The notes below the pieces were generated by a model that was not told the DNA's origin, did no database searches, and worked only from the letters and a program-made list of their open reading frames with translations. From assembly GCF_046105845.1 (NCBI RefSeq), contig NZ_CP151004.1: DNA of 64,000 nt; one strand, 5' to 3'. This document shows positions 1-10,295 of this stretch, in pieces. Numbering within the stretch: the stretch's first letter is position 1; each line of letters opens with the position of its first letter. The DNA comes from Escherichia coli (GTDB lineage Bacteria > Pseudomonadota > Gammaproteobacteria > Enterobacterales > Enterobacteriaceae). The translations under genes and the position numbers were made by a program.

Positions 1-30
1 CGACTTCATCTTTGCAAGGACTGGGTTTTC

Positions 31-930
31 ATGTTTTCTGGGCTGTTAATCATTCTGGTTCCCCTGATTGTGGGTTACCTCATTCCGCTTCGCCAAAAAG
101 CTGCATTAAGAGTTATTAATCAGCTCTTAAGCTGGATGGTTTACCTTATTCTCTTTTTTATGGGTATCAGTCTGGCGTTTCTCGATAACCTCGCCAGTAA
201 CCTGTTGGCAATTCTGCATTATTCCGCCGTCAGCATTACCATTATTTTACTCTGCAATATTATTGCGTTGTTGTGGCTGGAGCGCGGTCTGCCGTGGCGC
301 AATCACCACCAGCAAGAAAAACTCCCGTCGCGTATTGCGATGGCGCTGGAGTCGCTAAAACTGTGCGGCGTAGTAGTGATTGGTTTTGCCATTGGCCTGA
401 GTGGACTGGCTTTCTTACAACATGCGACCGAAGCCAGTGAATACACCTTAATTCTGCTACTTTTCCTCGTCGGTATTCAGTTGCGCAATAATGGCATGAC
501 CTTAAAGCAGATTGTCCTTAATCGCCGGGGAATGATTGTCGCCGTGGTGGTGGTTGTCAGTTCATTAATTGGTGGTTTAATTAACGCCTTTATTCTTGAT
601 CTCCCCATCAATACCGCGCTGGCAATGGCCTCTGGTTTCGGCTGGTATTCTCTTTCCGGTATTTTATTGACCGAATCTTTTGGTCCGGTAATCGGGAGCG
701 CGGCGTTTTTTAATGATCTGGCCCGTGAGCTGATTGCAATTATGTTGATCCCTGGGCTGATTCGCCGCAGCCGCTCTACCGCACTGGGCTTATGCGGTGC
801 CACGTCGATGGATTTCACCCTGCCCGTTCTTCAACGTACTGGCGGGCTGGATATGGTCCCGGCGGCGATTGTTCACGGTTTTATTCTTAGTCTGTTAGTG
901 CCGATCCTCATCGCCTTTTTCTCTGCATAA
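31..930 (+). CDS. lysO: Lysine exporter LysO (YbjE), inner-membrane protein
   Basis: 299-aa hydrophobic multi-TM ORF; recognised sequence and position immediately upstream of hcp. Confidence 0.8.
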   Translation: MFSGLLIILVPLIVGYLIPLRQKAALRVINQLLSWMVYLILFFMGISLAFLDNLASNLLAILHYSAVSITIILLCNIIALLWLERGLPWRNHHQQEKLPSRIAMALESLKLCGVVVIGFAIGLSGLAFLQHATEASEYTLILLLFLVGIQLRNNGMTLKQIVLNRRGMIVAVVVVVSSLIGGLINAFILDLPINTALAMASGFGWYSLSGILLTESFGPVIGSAAFFNDLARELIAIMLIPGLIRRSRSTALGLCGATSMDFTLPVLQRTGGLDMVPAAIVHGFILSLLVPILIAFFSA

Positions 931-963
931 TACCTCTCTGGCGGTAGATCCCTGCCGCCAAAA

Positions 964-977
964 TTGCGCTAAATCAA
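964..977 (+). promoter_or_regulatory. FNR-type site TTGCGCTAAATCAA in hcp promoter
   Basis: Matches TTGAT-N4-ATCAA consensus at 4/5 + 5/5 positions, about 95 bp upstream of hcp start; hcp is a known FNR-activated anaerobic gene. Confidence 0.6.
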
Positions 978-1036
978 TCTCCCTTAAAGTTGCATAAAAA
1001 ATCCCTTTTATCCCCGCGTTAAGCGTCTTAACCTTA

Positions 1037-1059
1037 AACATGTATATTAAATATAACTT
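1037..1059 (+). promoter_or_regulatory. Candidate NsrR operator (AT-rich imperfect inverted repeat) overlapping hcp core promoter
   Basis: aacatgtatattaaatataactt lies between the FNR site and the hcp start; hcp-hcr is a known NsrR target; exact boundaries are inference. Confidence 0.45.
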
Positions 1060-1073
1060 TAAAAGGTGTGATC

Positions 1074-2726
1074 ATGTTTTGTGTGCAATGTGAACAAACT
1101 ATCCGTACTCCGGCAGGAAACGGCTGCTCATACGCGCAGGGGATGTGTGGTAAAACGGCGGAAACCTCTGACCTTCAGGATTTACTCATCGCGGCGCTGC
1201 AAGGGCTTTCGGCCTGGGCGGTAAAAGCGCGTGAATACGGCATCATCAACCACGATGTAGACAGCTTTGCGCCACGCGCATTTTTCTCAACCCTGACCAA
1301 CGTTAACTTCGATTCTCCGCGTATTGTCGGCTACGCTCGTGAAGCGATTGCCCTGCGCGAGGCGCTGAAAGCACAATGCCTGGCTGTAGATGCCAACGCG
1401 CACGTCGATAACCCGATGGCTGACCTGCAACTGGTGAGCGACGATCTCGGCGAGCTGCAACGTCAGGCAGCAGAATTTACCCCTAACAAAGATAAAGCGG
1501 CGATTGGCGAAAACATTCTCGGCCTGCGTCTGCTGTGCCTGTATGGCCTGAAAGGTGCGGCGGCCTATATGGAACACGCACACGTTCTCGGTCAATACGA
1601 CAATGATATTTACGCCCAGTACCATAAAATCATGGCGTGGCTGGGGACCTGGCCTGCCGATATGAACGCGCTTCTTGAGTGTTCAATGGAAATCGGCCAG
1701 ATGAACTTCAAAGTGATGAGCATTCTGGATGCAGGCGAAACCAGTAAATACGGTCACCCGACGCCAACCCAGGTCAACGTCAAAGCGACGGCGGGTAAAT
1801 GCATTCTGATTTCCGGTCACGATCTCAAAGATCTCTACAACCTGCTGGAACAGACCGAAGGCACGGGCGTTAATGTCTACACCCACGGTGAAATGCTGCC
1901 TGCGCATGGCTACCCGGAGCTGCGTAAATTCAAGCATCTGGTCGGTAACTACGGCAGCGGCTGGCAGAATCAGCAAGTGGAGTTCGCTCGTTTCCCTGGC
2001 CCCATCGTGATGACCTCGAACTGCATCATCGACCCAACCGTAGGCGCTTATGACGATCGTATCTGGACCCGCAGCATCGTTGGCTGGCCGGGTGTGCGTC
2101 ATCTGGATGGCGAAGATTTCTCTGCGGTCATCGCCCAGGCGCAACAAATGGCGGGCTTCCCGTACAGCGAAATTCCGCACCTGATCACCGTGGGCTTTGG
2201 TCGTCAAACGCTGCTTGGCGCAGCGGATACGCTGATTGATCTGGTAAGCCGTGAAAAACTGCGTCATATCTTCCTGCTTGGCGGCTGTGACGGCGCACGC
2301 GGCGAGCGTCACTACTTCACCGATTTCGCCACCAACGTGCCGGATGACTGTCTGATCCTGACTCTCGCCTGTGGTAAATATCGCTTTAACAAACTCGAGT
2401 TTGGCGATATCGAAGGTCTGCCGCGTCTGGTAGATGCTGGTCAGTGTAACGATGCTTACTCAGCGATTATTCTGGCGGTAACGCTGGCAGAAAAACTGGG
2501 CTGCGGTGTCAACGATCTGCCGCTGTCGCTGGTGCTCTCGTGGTTTGAACAGAAAGCGATTGTCATTCTGCTGACACTGCTTTCTCTGGGTGTGAAAAAT
2601 ATCGTAACCGGCCCGACTGCACCTGGTTTCCTGACACCAGACCTGCTGGCGGTGCTGAACGAGAAATTCGGCCTGCGTTCTATCACCACTGTTGAAGAAG
2701 ACATGAAGCAACTGTTGAGCGCGTAA
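1074..2726 (+). CDS. hcp: Hybrid-cluster protein (hydroxylamine reductase / NO reductase)
   Basis: N-terminal Cys cluster CVQCEQT...C..C; recognised Hcp sequence; start taken at M3 of the ORF-track ORF. Confidence 0.93.
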   Translation: MFCVQCEQTIRTPAGNGCSYAQGMCGKTAETSDLQDLLIAALQGLSAWAVKAREYGIINHDVDSFAPRAFFSTLTNVNFDSPRIVGYAREAIALREALKAQCLAVDANAHVDNPMADLQLVSDDLGELQRQAAEFTPNKDKAAIGENILGLRLLCLYGLKGAAAYMEHAHVLGQYDNDIYAQYHKIMAWLGTWPADMNALLECSMEIGQMNFKVMSILDAGETSKYGHPTPTQVNVKATAGKCILISGHDLKDLYNLLEQTEGTGVNVYTHGEMLPAHGYPELRKFKHLVGNYGSGWQNQQVEFARFPGPIVMTSNCIIDPTVGAYDDRIWTRSIVGWPGVRHLDGEDFSAVIAQAQQMAGFPYSEIPHLITVGFGRQTLLGAADTLIDLVSREKLRHIFLLGGCDGARGERHYFTDFATNVPDDCLILTLACGKYRFNKLEFGDIEGLPRLVDAGQCNDAYSAIILAVTLAEKLGCGVNDLPLSLVLSWFEQKAIVILLTLLSLGVKNIVTGPTAPGFLTPDLLAVLNEKFGLRSITTVEEDMKQLLSA

Positions 2727-2737
2727 GGAGTTTGTCG

Positions 2738-3706
2738 ATGACGATGCCAACGAATCAATGCCCGTGGCGGATGCAGGTTCATCACATTACGCAAGAAACG
2801 CCGGATGTATGGACGATTTCCCTGATTTGCCACGATTACTACCCATATCGCGCCGGGCAATATGCACTGGTCAGCGTGCGTAACTCAGCGGAAACGCTGC
2901 GTGCTTACACCATTTCCTCCACGCCAGGCGTGAGTGAATACATCACCCTGACTGTGCGGCGGATTGATGACGGAGTCGGCTCCCAGTGGCTGACGCGCGA
3001 TGTAAAACGCGGTGATTATCTCTGGCTTTCGGACGCGATGGGGGAATTTACCTGCGACGATAAAGCAGAAGATAAATTCCTGTTGCTGGCGGCAGGCTGC
3101 GGCGTCACGCCGATTATGTCGATGCGTCGCTGGCTGGCGAAGAACCGTCCGCAGGCCGATGTGCAGGTGATCTACAACGTGCGTTCGCCGCAGGATGTTA
3201 TTTTCGCCGATGAGTGGCGTAACTATCCGGTGACGCTGGTGGCAGAAAATAACGTTACCGAAGGCTTTATCGCTGGTCGTCTCACTCGCGAACTGCTGGC
3301 AGGTGTCCCTGACTTAACTTCACGTACCGTGATGACCTGCGGCCCGGCTCCGTATATGGATTGGGTAGAGCAGGAAGTGAAAGCGCTCGGCGTGACGCGT
3401 TTCTTTAAAGAGAAATTCTTCACCCCAGTAGCGGAAGCGGCGACCAGCGGTCTGAAATTCACCAAACTGCAACCGGCACGAGAATTTTACGCCCCGTTTG
3501 GCACCACGCTACTGGAGGCGCTGGAAAGCAATAACGTTCCGGTTGTCGCCGCCTGCCGTGCAGGTGTTTGCGGCTGCTGTAAGACGAAAGTGGTTTCCGG
3601 TGAATATACGGTGAGCAGCACAATGACGCTGACCGACGCCGAAATCGCTGAAGGTTACGTGCTGGCCTGCTCCTGCCATCCGCAGGGAGATTTGGTTCTC
3701 GCATAA
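2738..3706 (+). CDS. hcr: NADH oxidoreductase for Hcp (FAD/NAD-binding plus C-terminal 2Fe-2S ferredoxin domain)
   Basis: Immediately downstream of hcp; C-terminal CRAGVCGCC...C ferredoxin-type motif. Confidence 0.9.
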   Translation: MTMPTNQCPWRMQVHHITQETPDVWTISLICHDYYPYRAGQYALVSVRNSAETLRAYTISSTPGVSEYITLTVRRIDDGVGSQWLTRDVKRGDYLWLSDAMGEFTCDDKAEDKFLLLAAGCGVTPIMSMRRWLAKNRPQADVQVIYNVRSPQDVIFADEWRNYPVTLVAENNVTEGFIAGRLTRELLAGVPDLTSRTVMTCGPAPYMDWVEQEVKALGVTRFFKEKFFTPVAEAATSGLKFTKLQPAREFYAPFGTTLLEALESNNVPVVAACRAGVCGCCKTKVVSGEYTVSSTMTLTDAEIAEGYVLACSCHPQGDLVLA

Positions 3707-3715
3707 TCGTCTTAT

Positions 3716-3747
3716 GCCCGATGATATTCCTTTCATCGGGCTATTTA
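3716..3747 (+). terminator. Hairpin downstream of hcr (gcccgatga...tcatcgggc) with short T-tract
   Basis: 9-bp inverted repeat followed by tattt directly after the hcr stop. Confidence 0.45.
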
Positions 3748-3838
3748 ACCGTTAGTGCCTCCTTTTTCTCCCATCCCTTCCCCCTCCGTCAGATGAACTA
3801 AACTTGTAACCGTTATCACATTCAGGAGATGGAGAACC

Positions 3839-5557
3839 ATGAAACAAACGGTTGCAGCTTATATCGCCAAAACACTCGAATCGGCAGGCGTGAAACGCAT
3901 CTGGGGAGTCACGGGCGACTCTCTGAACGGTCTTAGCGACAGTCTTAATCGCATGGGCACCATCGAGTGGATGTCCACCCGCCATGAAGAAGTGGCGGCC
4001 TTTGCCGCTGGTGCTGAAGCACAACTTTCAGGAGAACTGGCGGTCTGTGCCGGATCGTGCGGCCCCGGCAACCTGCACTTAATCAACGGCCTGTTCGATT
4101 GCCACCGCAATCACGTTCCGGTACTGGCGATTGCCGCTCATATTCCCTCCAGCGAAATTGGCAGCGGCTATTTCCAGGAAACCCACCCACAAGAGCTATT
4201 CCGCGAATGTAGTCACTATTGCGAGCTGGTTTCCAGCCCAGAGCAGATCCCACAAGTGCTGGCGATTGCCATGCGCAAAGCGGTGCTTAACCGTGGCGTT
4301 TCCGTTGTCGTGTTACCGGGCGACGTGGCGTTAAAACCTGCACCAGAAGGGGCAACCTCGCACTGGTATCATGCGCCACAACCAGTCGTGACGCCGGAAG
4401 AAGAAGAGTTACGCAAACTGGCGCAACTGCTGCGTTATTCCAGCAATATCGCCCTGATGTGTGGCAGCGGCTGCACGGGGGCGCATAAAGAGTTAGTTGA
4501 GTTTGCCGGGAAAATTAAAGCACCTATTGTTCATGCCCTGCGCGGTAAAGAACATGTCGAATACGATAATCCGTATGATGTCGGAATGACGGGATTAATC
4601 GGCTTCTCGTCAGGTTTCCATACCATGATGAATGCCGATACGTTAGTGCTGCTCGGCACGCAATTTCCCTACCGCGCGTTCTACCCGACCGATGCCAAAA
4701 TTATTCAGATTGATATCAACCCAGCCAGCATCGGCGCGCATAGCAAGGTAGATATGGCACTGGTCGGCGATATCAAATCAACCCTGCGGGCATTGCTGCC
4801 ACTGGTGGAAGAAAAAACCGATCGCAAGTTTCTGGATAAAGCGCTGGAAGATTACCGCGACGCCCGCAAAGGGCTGGACGATTTAGCTAAACCGAGCGAG
4901 AAAGCCATTCACCCGCAATATCTGGCGCAGCAAATTAGTCATTTTGCCGCCGATGACGCCATCTTTACCTGTGACGTTGGTACGCCAACGGTGTGGGCGG
5001 CACGTTATCTGAAAATGAACGGCAAGCGTCGTCTGTTAGGTTCGTTTAACCACGGTTCGATGGCTAACGCCATGCCGCAGGCGCTGGGTGCGCAGGCAAC
5101 CGAGCCGGAACGTCAGGTGGTCGCCATGTGCGGCGATGGCGGTTTTAGCATGTTGATGGGCGATTTCCTCTCAGTAGTGCAGATGAAACTGCCGGTGAAA
5201 ATTATCGTCTTTAATAACAGCGTGCTGGGCTTTGTGGCGATGGAGATGAAAGCTGGTGGCTATTTGACTGACGGCACCGAACTACATGACACCAACTTTG
5301 CCCGCATTGCCGAAGCGTGCGGAATTACGGGTATTCGCGTGGAAAAAGCCTCTGAAGTCGATGAAGCCCTGCAACGCGCCTTCTCCATCGACGGTCCGGT
5401 GCTGGTGGATGTGGTGGTCGCCAAAGAAGAATTAGCCATTCCACCGCAGATCAAACTCGAACAGGCCAAAGGTTTCAGCCTGTATATGCTGCGCGCAATC
5501 ATCAGCGGACGCGGCGATGAAGTGATCGAACTGGCGAAAACAAACTGGCTAAGGTAA
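3839..5557 (+). CDS. poxB: Pyruvate oxidase (ubiquinone), thiamine-diphosphate/FAD enzyme
   Basis: 572-aa ORF with TPP-enzyme architecture; recognised PoxB sequence. Confidence 0.93.
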   Translation: MKQTVAAYIAKTLESAGVKRIWGVTGDSLNGLSDSLNRMGTIEWMSTRHEEVAAFAAGAEAQLSGELAVCAGSCGPGNLHLINGLFDCHRNHVPVLAIAAHIPSSEIGSGYFQETHPQELFRECSHYCELVSSPEQIPQVLAIAMRKAVLNRGVSVVVLPGDVALKPAPEGATSHWYHAPQPVVTPEEEELRKLAQLLRYSSNIALMCGSGCTGAHKELVEFAGKIKAPIVHALRGKEHVEYDNPYDVGMTGLIGFSSGFHTMMNADTLVLLGTQFPYRAFYPTDAKIIQIDINPASIGAHSKVDMALVGDIKSTLRALLPLVEEKTDRKFLDKALEDYRDARKGLDDLAKPSEKAIHPQYLAQQISHFAADDAIFTCDVGTPTVWAARYLKMNGKRRLLGSFNHGSMANAMPQALGAQATEPERQVVAMCGDGGFSMLMGDFLSVVQMKLPVKIIVFNNSVLGFVAMEMKAGGYLTDGTELHDTNFARIAEACGITGIRVEKASEVDEALQRAFSIDGPVLVDVVVAKEELAIPPQIKLEQAKGFSLYMLRAIISGRGDEVIELAKTNWLR

Positions 5558-5593
5558 AAAGGGTGGCATTTCCCGTCATAATAAGGACATGCC

Positions 5594-6595
5594 ATGATTG
5601 ATTTACGCAGTGATACCGTTACCCGACCGAGCCGCGCCATGCTCGAAGCGATGATGGCCGCCCCGGTTGGGGACGACGTTTACGGAGACGACCCTACCGT
5701 TAATGCTCTGCAGGACTATGCAGCAGAGCTTTCCGGTAAAGAAGCCGCCATTTTTCTGCCTACCGGCACTCAGGCCAACCTGGTCGCTCTGCTCAGTCAC
5801 TGTGAACGCGGCGAAGAGTATATTGTCGGTCAGGCCGCGCATAACTATCTGTTTGAAGCCGGTGGCGCGGCGGTGCTGGGCAGTATTCAACCGCAACCCA
5901 TCGACGCGGCTGCCGACGGCACGCTACCGCTGGATAAAGTGGCGATGAAAATCAAACCCGACGATATCCATTTCGCCCGCACCAAATTACTCAGTCTGGA
6001 AAACACCCACAACGGCAAAGTGCTGCCGCGGGAATACCTGAAAGAAGCATGGGAATTTACTCGCGAGCGCAATCTGGCGCTGCATGTTGACGGTGCGCGC
6101 ATCTTTAATGCCGTGGTGGCTTACGGCTGCGAACTGAAAGAGATCACGCAATATTGTGATTCGTTCACCATTTGCCTGTCGAAAGGACTTGGGACGCCAG
6201 TCGGCTCGTTACTGGTCGGTAATCGTGATTACATTAAACGTGCCATCCGCTGGCGGAAAATGACCGGTGGCGGGATGCGCCAGTCCGGCATTCTGGCTGC
6301 CGCCGGGATGTATGCCCTGAAAAATAACGTCGCACGCTTGCAGGAAGATCATGACAATGCCGCCTGGATGGCGGAGCAGCTGCGTGAAGCAGGCGCGGAT
6401 GTGATGCGTCAGGACACCAATATGCTGTTTGTTCGCGTCGGGGAAGAAAATGCTGCCGCGTTAGGCGAATACATGAAAGCGAGAAACGTGCTGATTAACG
6501 CCTCGCCGATTGTCCGCCTGGTGACGCATCTCGACGTCTCGCGCGAGCAACTGGCTGAAGTCGCCGCCCACTGGCGCGCATTCCTGGCGCGTTAA
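5594..6595 (+). CDS. ltaE: Low-specificity L-threonine aldolase
   Basis: 333-aa PLP-enzyme ORF downstream of poxB; conserved synteny. Confidence 0.9.
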   Translation: MIDLRSDTVTRPSRAMLEAMMAAPVGDDVYGDDPTVNALQDYAAELSGKEAAIFLPTGTQANLVALLSHCERGEEYIVGQAAHNYLFEAGGAAVLGSIQPQPIDAAADGTLPLDKVAMKIKPDDIHFARTKLLSLENTHNGKVLPREYLKEAWEFTRERNLALHVDGARIFNAVVAYGCELKEITQYCDSFTICLSKGLGTPVGSLLVGNRDYIKRAIRWRKMTGGGMRQSGILAAAGMYALKNNVARLQEDHDNAAWMAEQLREAGADVMRQDTNMLFVRVGEENAAALGEYMKARNVLINASPIVRLVTHLDVSREQLAEVAAHWRAFLAR

Positions 6596-6605
6596 GGAGG
6601 GAGAC

Positions 6606-8036
6606 GTGCCGCAACGCATTTTAGTTCTCGGTGCCAGTGGCTACATTGGTCAGCATCTGGTGCGAACTCTCAGCCAGCAAGGGCATCAGATCCTGGCGGC
6701 GGCACGTCATGTCGACAGGCTTGCAAAGCTGCAACTGGCAAACGTCAGTTGCCATAAAGTCGATCTCAGCTGGCCGGATAACCTTCCGGCCCTGTTGCAG
6801 GATATCGATACGGTCTATTTTCTGGTGCACAGCATGGGCGAAGGCGGCGATTTTATCGCTCAGGAGCGCCAGGTGGCTCTCAACGTCCGCGATGCGCTAC
6901 GTGAAGTCCCAGTTAAGCAATTAATCTTCCTCAGTTCGTTGCAGGCCCCGCCACATGAGCAGTCGGATCATCTGCGTGCTCGTCAGGCTACGGCGGACAT
7001 TCTTCGTGAAGCGAATGTACCAGTGACCGAACTGCGGGCCGGAATTATCGTTGGCGCAGGTTCAGCGGCGTTCGAAGTCATGCGCGATATGGTCTACAAC
7101 CTGCCAGTGTTAACGCCGCCACGCTGGGTACGTTCACGCACCACGCCCATCGCGCTGGAAAACTTGCTGCACTATCTGGTGGCGCTGTTAGACCATCCAG
7201 CCAACGAACACCGCATCTTCGAAGCCGCCGGACCAGAGGTGCTCAGTTATCAGCAACAGTTTGAACATTTTATGGCGGTGAGCGGTAAGCGTCGCTGGTT
7301 GATCCCCATCCCCTTTCCGACCCGCTGGATTTCGGTGTGGTTTCTCAATGTGATTACTTCCGTACCGCCCACCACCGCCAAAGCGTTGATTCAGGGGCTG
7401 AAACACGATCTGCTGGCAGATGACACCGCGTTACGTGCACTCATCCCACAACGGCTGATTGCTTTCGATGACGCGGTACGTCGCACCCTGAAAGAGGAAG
7501 AAAAGCTGGTCAACTCCAGCGACTGGGGATACGACGCTCAGGCATTTGCCCGCTGGCGACCGGAGTACGGTTATTTCGCCAAACAGGCGGGGTTTACCGT
7601 TAAAACGTCCGCCAGCCTTGCGGCTTTATGGCAGGTGGTGAATCAAATCGGCGGTAAAGAGCGTTATTTCTTTGGCAATATTTTGTGGCAAACCCGGGCG
7701 TTGATGGACCGCGCGATCGGTCATAAGCTGGCGAAAGGCCGCCCGGAGCGTGAATATTTGCAGACCGGCGATGCGGTGGATAGCTGGAAAGTGATTGTCG
7801 TTGAACCGGAAAAACAACTTACGCTGTTATTTGGCATGAAAGCGCCGGGGCTGGGACGACTGTGTTTTACCCTGGAAGATAAAGGCGACTATCGTACTAT
7901 CGATGTTCGCGCATTCTGGCATCCGCACGGTATGCCGGGGCTGTTTTACTGGTTATTGATGATCCCCGCGCATCTGTTTATTTTTCGCGGAATGGCAAAA
8001 CAAATCGCCAGACTGGCAGAACAAAGCACAGATTAA
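6606..8036 (+). CDS. ybjT: Putative NAD(P)-binding protein YbjT (Rossmann GxxGxxG at N-terminus)
   Basis: 476-aa ORF with [10 protein letters not shown] motif; apparent GTG start at 6606. Confidence 0.85.
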   Translation: MPQRILVLGASGYIGQHLVRTLSQQGHQILAAARHVDRLAKLQLANVSCHKVDLSWPDNLPALLQDIDTVYFLVHSMGEGGDFIAQERQVALNVRDALREVPVKQLIFLSSLQAPPHEQSDHLRARQATADILREANVPVTELRAGIIVGAGSAAFEVMRDMVYNLPVLTPPRWVRSRTTPIALENLLHYLVALLDHPANEHRIFEAAGPEVLSYQQQFEHFMAVSGKRRWLIPIPFPTRWISVWFLNVITSVPPTTAKALIQGLKHDLLADDTALRALIPQRLIAFDDAVRRTLKEEEKLVNSSDWGYDAQAFARWRPEYGYFAKQAGFTVKTSASLAALWQVVNQIGGKERYFFGNILWQTRALMDRAIGHKLAKGRPEREYLQTGDAVDSWKVIVVEPEKQLTLLFGMKAPGLGRLCFTLEDKGDYRTIDVRAFWHPHGMPGLFYWLLMIPAHLFIFRGMAKQIARLAEQSTD

Positions 8037-8134
8037 TCGACAAAACCTGCGTTATTCTTTCATGTTTCCCATTGCATCATGGGGGAAATCACGGAAGAAT
8101 GCGCACGTCATTTTCTCAACAACAGTGGATTGAT

Positions 8135-9148
8135 ATGAAGGTACTGGTTACCGGCGCCACCAGCGGCTTAGGTCGAAACGCGGTAGAGTTTTTATGCCAG
8201 AAAGGCATCAGCGTGCGAGCGACCGGTCGCAACGAGGCAATGGGTAAATTGCTGGAAAAAATGGGCGCAGAGTTTGTTCCGGCGGATCTGACCGAGCTAG
8301 TCTCATCACAAGCTAAAGTGATGCTCGCGGGCATTGATACGCTGTGGCACTGCTCCAGCTTTACCTCGCCCTGGGGGACACAACAGGCTTTCGATCTGGC
8401 TAACGTTCGCGCCACTCGCCGCCTGGGTGAATGGGCTGTCGCCTGGGGTGTGCGTAACTTTATTCATATCTCTTCCCCCTCCCTGTACTTCGATTATCAC
8501 CATCATCGCGATATTAAAGAAGATTTTCGCCCTCACCGCTTCGCTAACGAGTTTGCCCGTAGCAAAGCAGCCAGCGAAGAAGTGATCAATATGCTTTCGC
8601 AGGCGAATCCACAAACGCGCTTTACTATTCTGCGCCCACAAAGTCTGTTCGGACCGCACGATAAAGTCTTTATCCCCCGTCTGGCGCATATGATGCACCA
8701 CTATGGCAGCATTCTGTTACCGCATGGCGGCAGTGCGCTGGTCGATATGACCTACTATGAAAATGCCGTGCACGCCATGTGGCTGGCAAGCCAGGAAGCC
8801 TGCGATAAGCTACCTTCCGGGCGTGTGTACAACATCACCAACGGCGAGCATCGCACACTGCGCAGCATCGTGCAGAAGCTAATCGACGAGTTGAATATTG
8901 ACTGTCGTATTCGTTCCGTCCCCTACCCGATGCTGGATATGATCGCCCGCAGCATGGAGCGTTTAGGCCGCAAGTCAGCAAAAGAGCCGCCGCTGACCCA
9001 CTACGGCGTCTCCAAGTTGAATTTTGACTTTACGCTGGATATTACGCGTGCGCAGGAAGAGTTAGGTTATCAACCAGTCCTCACCCTGGATGAAGGTATC
9101 GAGAAAACTGCCGCCTGGCTACGCGACCACGGAAAACTGCCGCGCTAA
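8135..9148 (+). CDS. ybjS: Putative NAD-dependent epimerase/dehydratase family protein YbjS
   Basis: TGATSGLGR Rossmann motif; start trimmed to MKVLVTGA (ORF track begins 63 nt upstream). Confidence 0.85.
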   Translation: MKVLVTGATSGLGRNAVEFLCQKGISVRATGRNEAMGKLLEKMGAEFVPADLTELVSSQAKVMLAGIDTLWHCSSFTSPWGTQQAFDLANVRATRRLGEWAVAWGVRNFIHISSPSLYFDYHHHRDIKEDFRPHRFANEFARSKAASEEVINMLSQANPQTRFTILRPQSLFGPHDKVFIPRLAHMMHHYGSILLPHGGSALVDMTYYENAVHAMWLASQEACDKLPSGRVYNITNGEHRTLRSIVQKLIDELNIDCRIRSVPYPMLDMIARSMERLGRKSAKEPPLTHYGVSKLNFDFTLDITRAQEELGYQPVLTLDEGIEKTAAWLRDHGKLPR

Positions 9149-9975
9149 TCCTGCCCGTATTTCTCCAGCAACGCTTCGGCAATCGCCTGAGTTTCTGCAT
9201 CCGCTTCGCCGTTGTATAACGTCGGGCGGAAATGCATCTGGAACGCCATAATCACGCGCCGCTGCTCGCGCGGTGTCATATCAGGTTTAACGTCATAACC
9301 GTAGCACGCCAAAAGCTCCAGCAATGATGCGGTATCTACCGGTGTGTGCGGCGCGCGCCCGGCAAGGTAAAAGTTCACCCGCTGCGCATCGGGCCAGGCA
9401 CCAATCCCCTGCTGCGCCAGTTGTTGCCAGGGGAATAACGGCCCCGGATCGTCTTTGCGCTGCGGCGCAATATCCGCATGCGCCACTACGTTTTCCGGCT
9501 TGATGTGATAACGGGCAATAATATCTTTCGCCAGCGGAATAAGCGCCTGAATCTGTGCCTGTTCAAACGGGGCAAAATATTTCACTCCGGATGATTTCTG
9601 CCAGCCACGGTTTTCCAGCTCAATGCCAATAGAGGTGTCGTTAAGGCGCGTTGCCCCGCGCCAGGCGCTAATCCCCGCATGCCAGGCCAGCTCCTGTTCC
9701 GGCACCAGTTGCCAGATGCGCGGTTTACCGTTGTATCGCGGTGGCACAGCAGGCACCAGATAATGCGAACTGACCTGCTTATCGGTCAGTGTCGCCAGCG
9801 AGCTATCAAAATCATCTGCGGTGTAGTGGATAACCAGCACTTTAATGCGCGGATACGCCGCCTGCGCCTGGCGTCGGGTATCAAGCTGATATCCCTCTTT
9901 CTCGACAATGCCCTTTTCGCCGGCACACCCTGCCAGTAACAGAGCGGCGGCGACCAGCCAGAAGACTCTTCTCAT
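9145..9975 (-). CDS. amiD: N-acetylmuramoyl-L-alanine amidase AmiD (lipoprotein)
   Basis: 276 aa with lipoprotein signal (LLAGC); amidase_2 family; overlaps ybjQ by 4 nt. Confidence 0.9.
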   Translation of the reverse strand: MRRVFWLVAAALLLAGCAGEKGIVEKEGYQLDTRRQAQAAYPRIKVLVIHYTADDFDSSLATLTDKQVSSHYLVPAVPPRYNGKPRIWQLVPEQELAWHAGISAWRGATRLNDTSIGIELENRGWQKSSGVKYFAPFEQAQIQALIPLAKDIIARYHIKPENVVAHADIAPQRKDDPGPLFPWQQLAQQGIGAWPDAQRVNFYLAGRAPHTPVDTASLLELLACYGYDVKPDMTPREQRRVIMAFQMHFRPTLYNGEADAETQAIAEALLEKYGQD

Positions 9976-10295
9976 CGACGCGTTTTCACCGCCGTACCGC
10001 TGACGCTAACCATCAGCATACTGCCATTTTGCCCGACCGTTTCGTAGTCGATATCAATACCGACTACGGCATCAGCCCCCAGCGCCCGGGCCTGATCGCC
10101 GAGCTCCTCAAAGGCAATCTCCCGCGCTTTACGCAATTCTTTTTCATAAGCCCCGGAGCGTCCGCCAACGATATCGCGGATACCGGCAAAGAAATCACGG
10201 AAAATATTGGCACCTAAAATCGCTTCGCCGGTCACCACACCGCAATATTCGACGATGGTCTGGCCTTCCAGAGTTGGGGTTGTAGATAATTGCAT
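9972..10295 (-). CDS. ybjQ: UPF0145 family protein YbjQ
   Basis: 107-aa conserved ORF upstream of and co-oriented with amiD. Confidence 0.85.
   Translation of the reverse strand: MQLSTTPTLEGQTIVEYCGVVTGEAILGANIFRDFFAGIRDIVGGRSGAYEKELRKAREIAFEELGDQARALGADAVVGIDIDYETVGQNGSMLMVSVSGTAVKTRR

Noticed and set aside
1683-2312. 209-aa ORF on the minus strand inside hcp
   Set aside because: Entirely antisense to a highly conserved gene; no RBS or homology evident; typical spurious antisense ORF in GC-rich coding sequence.
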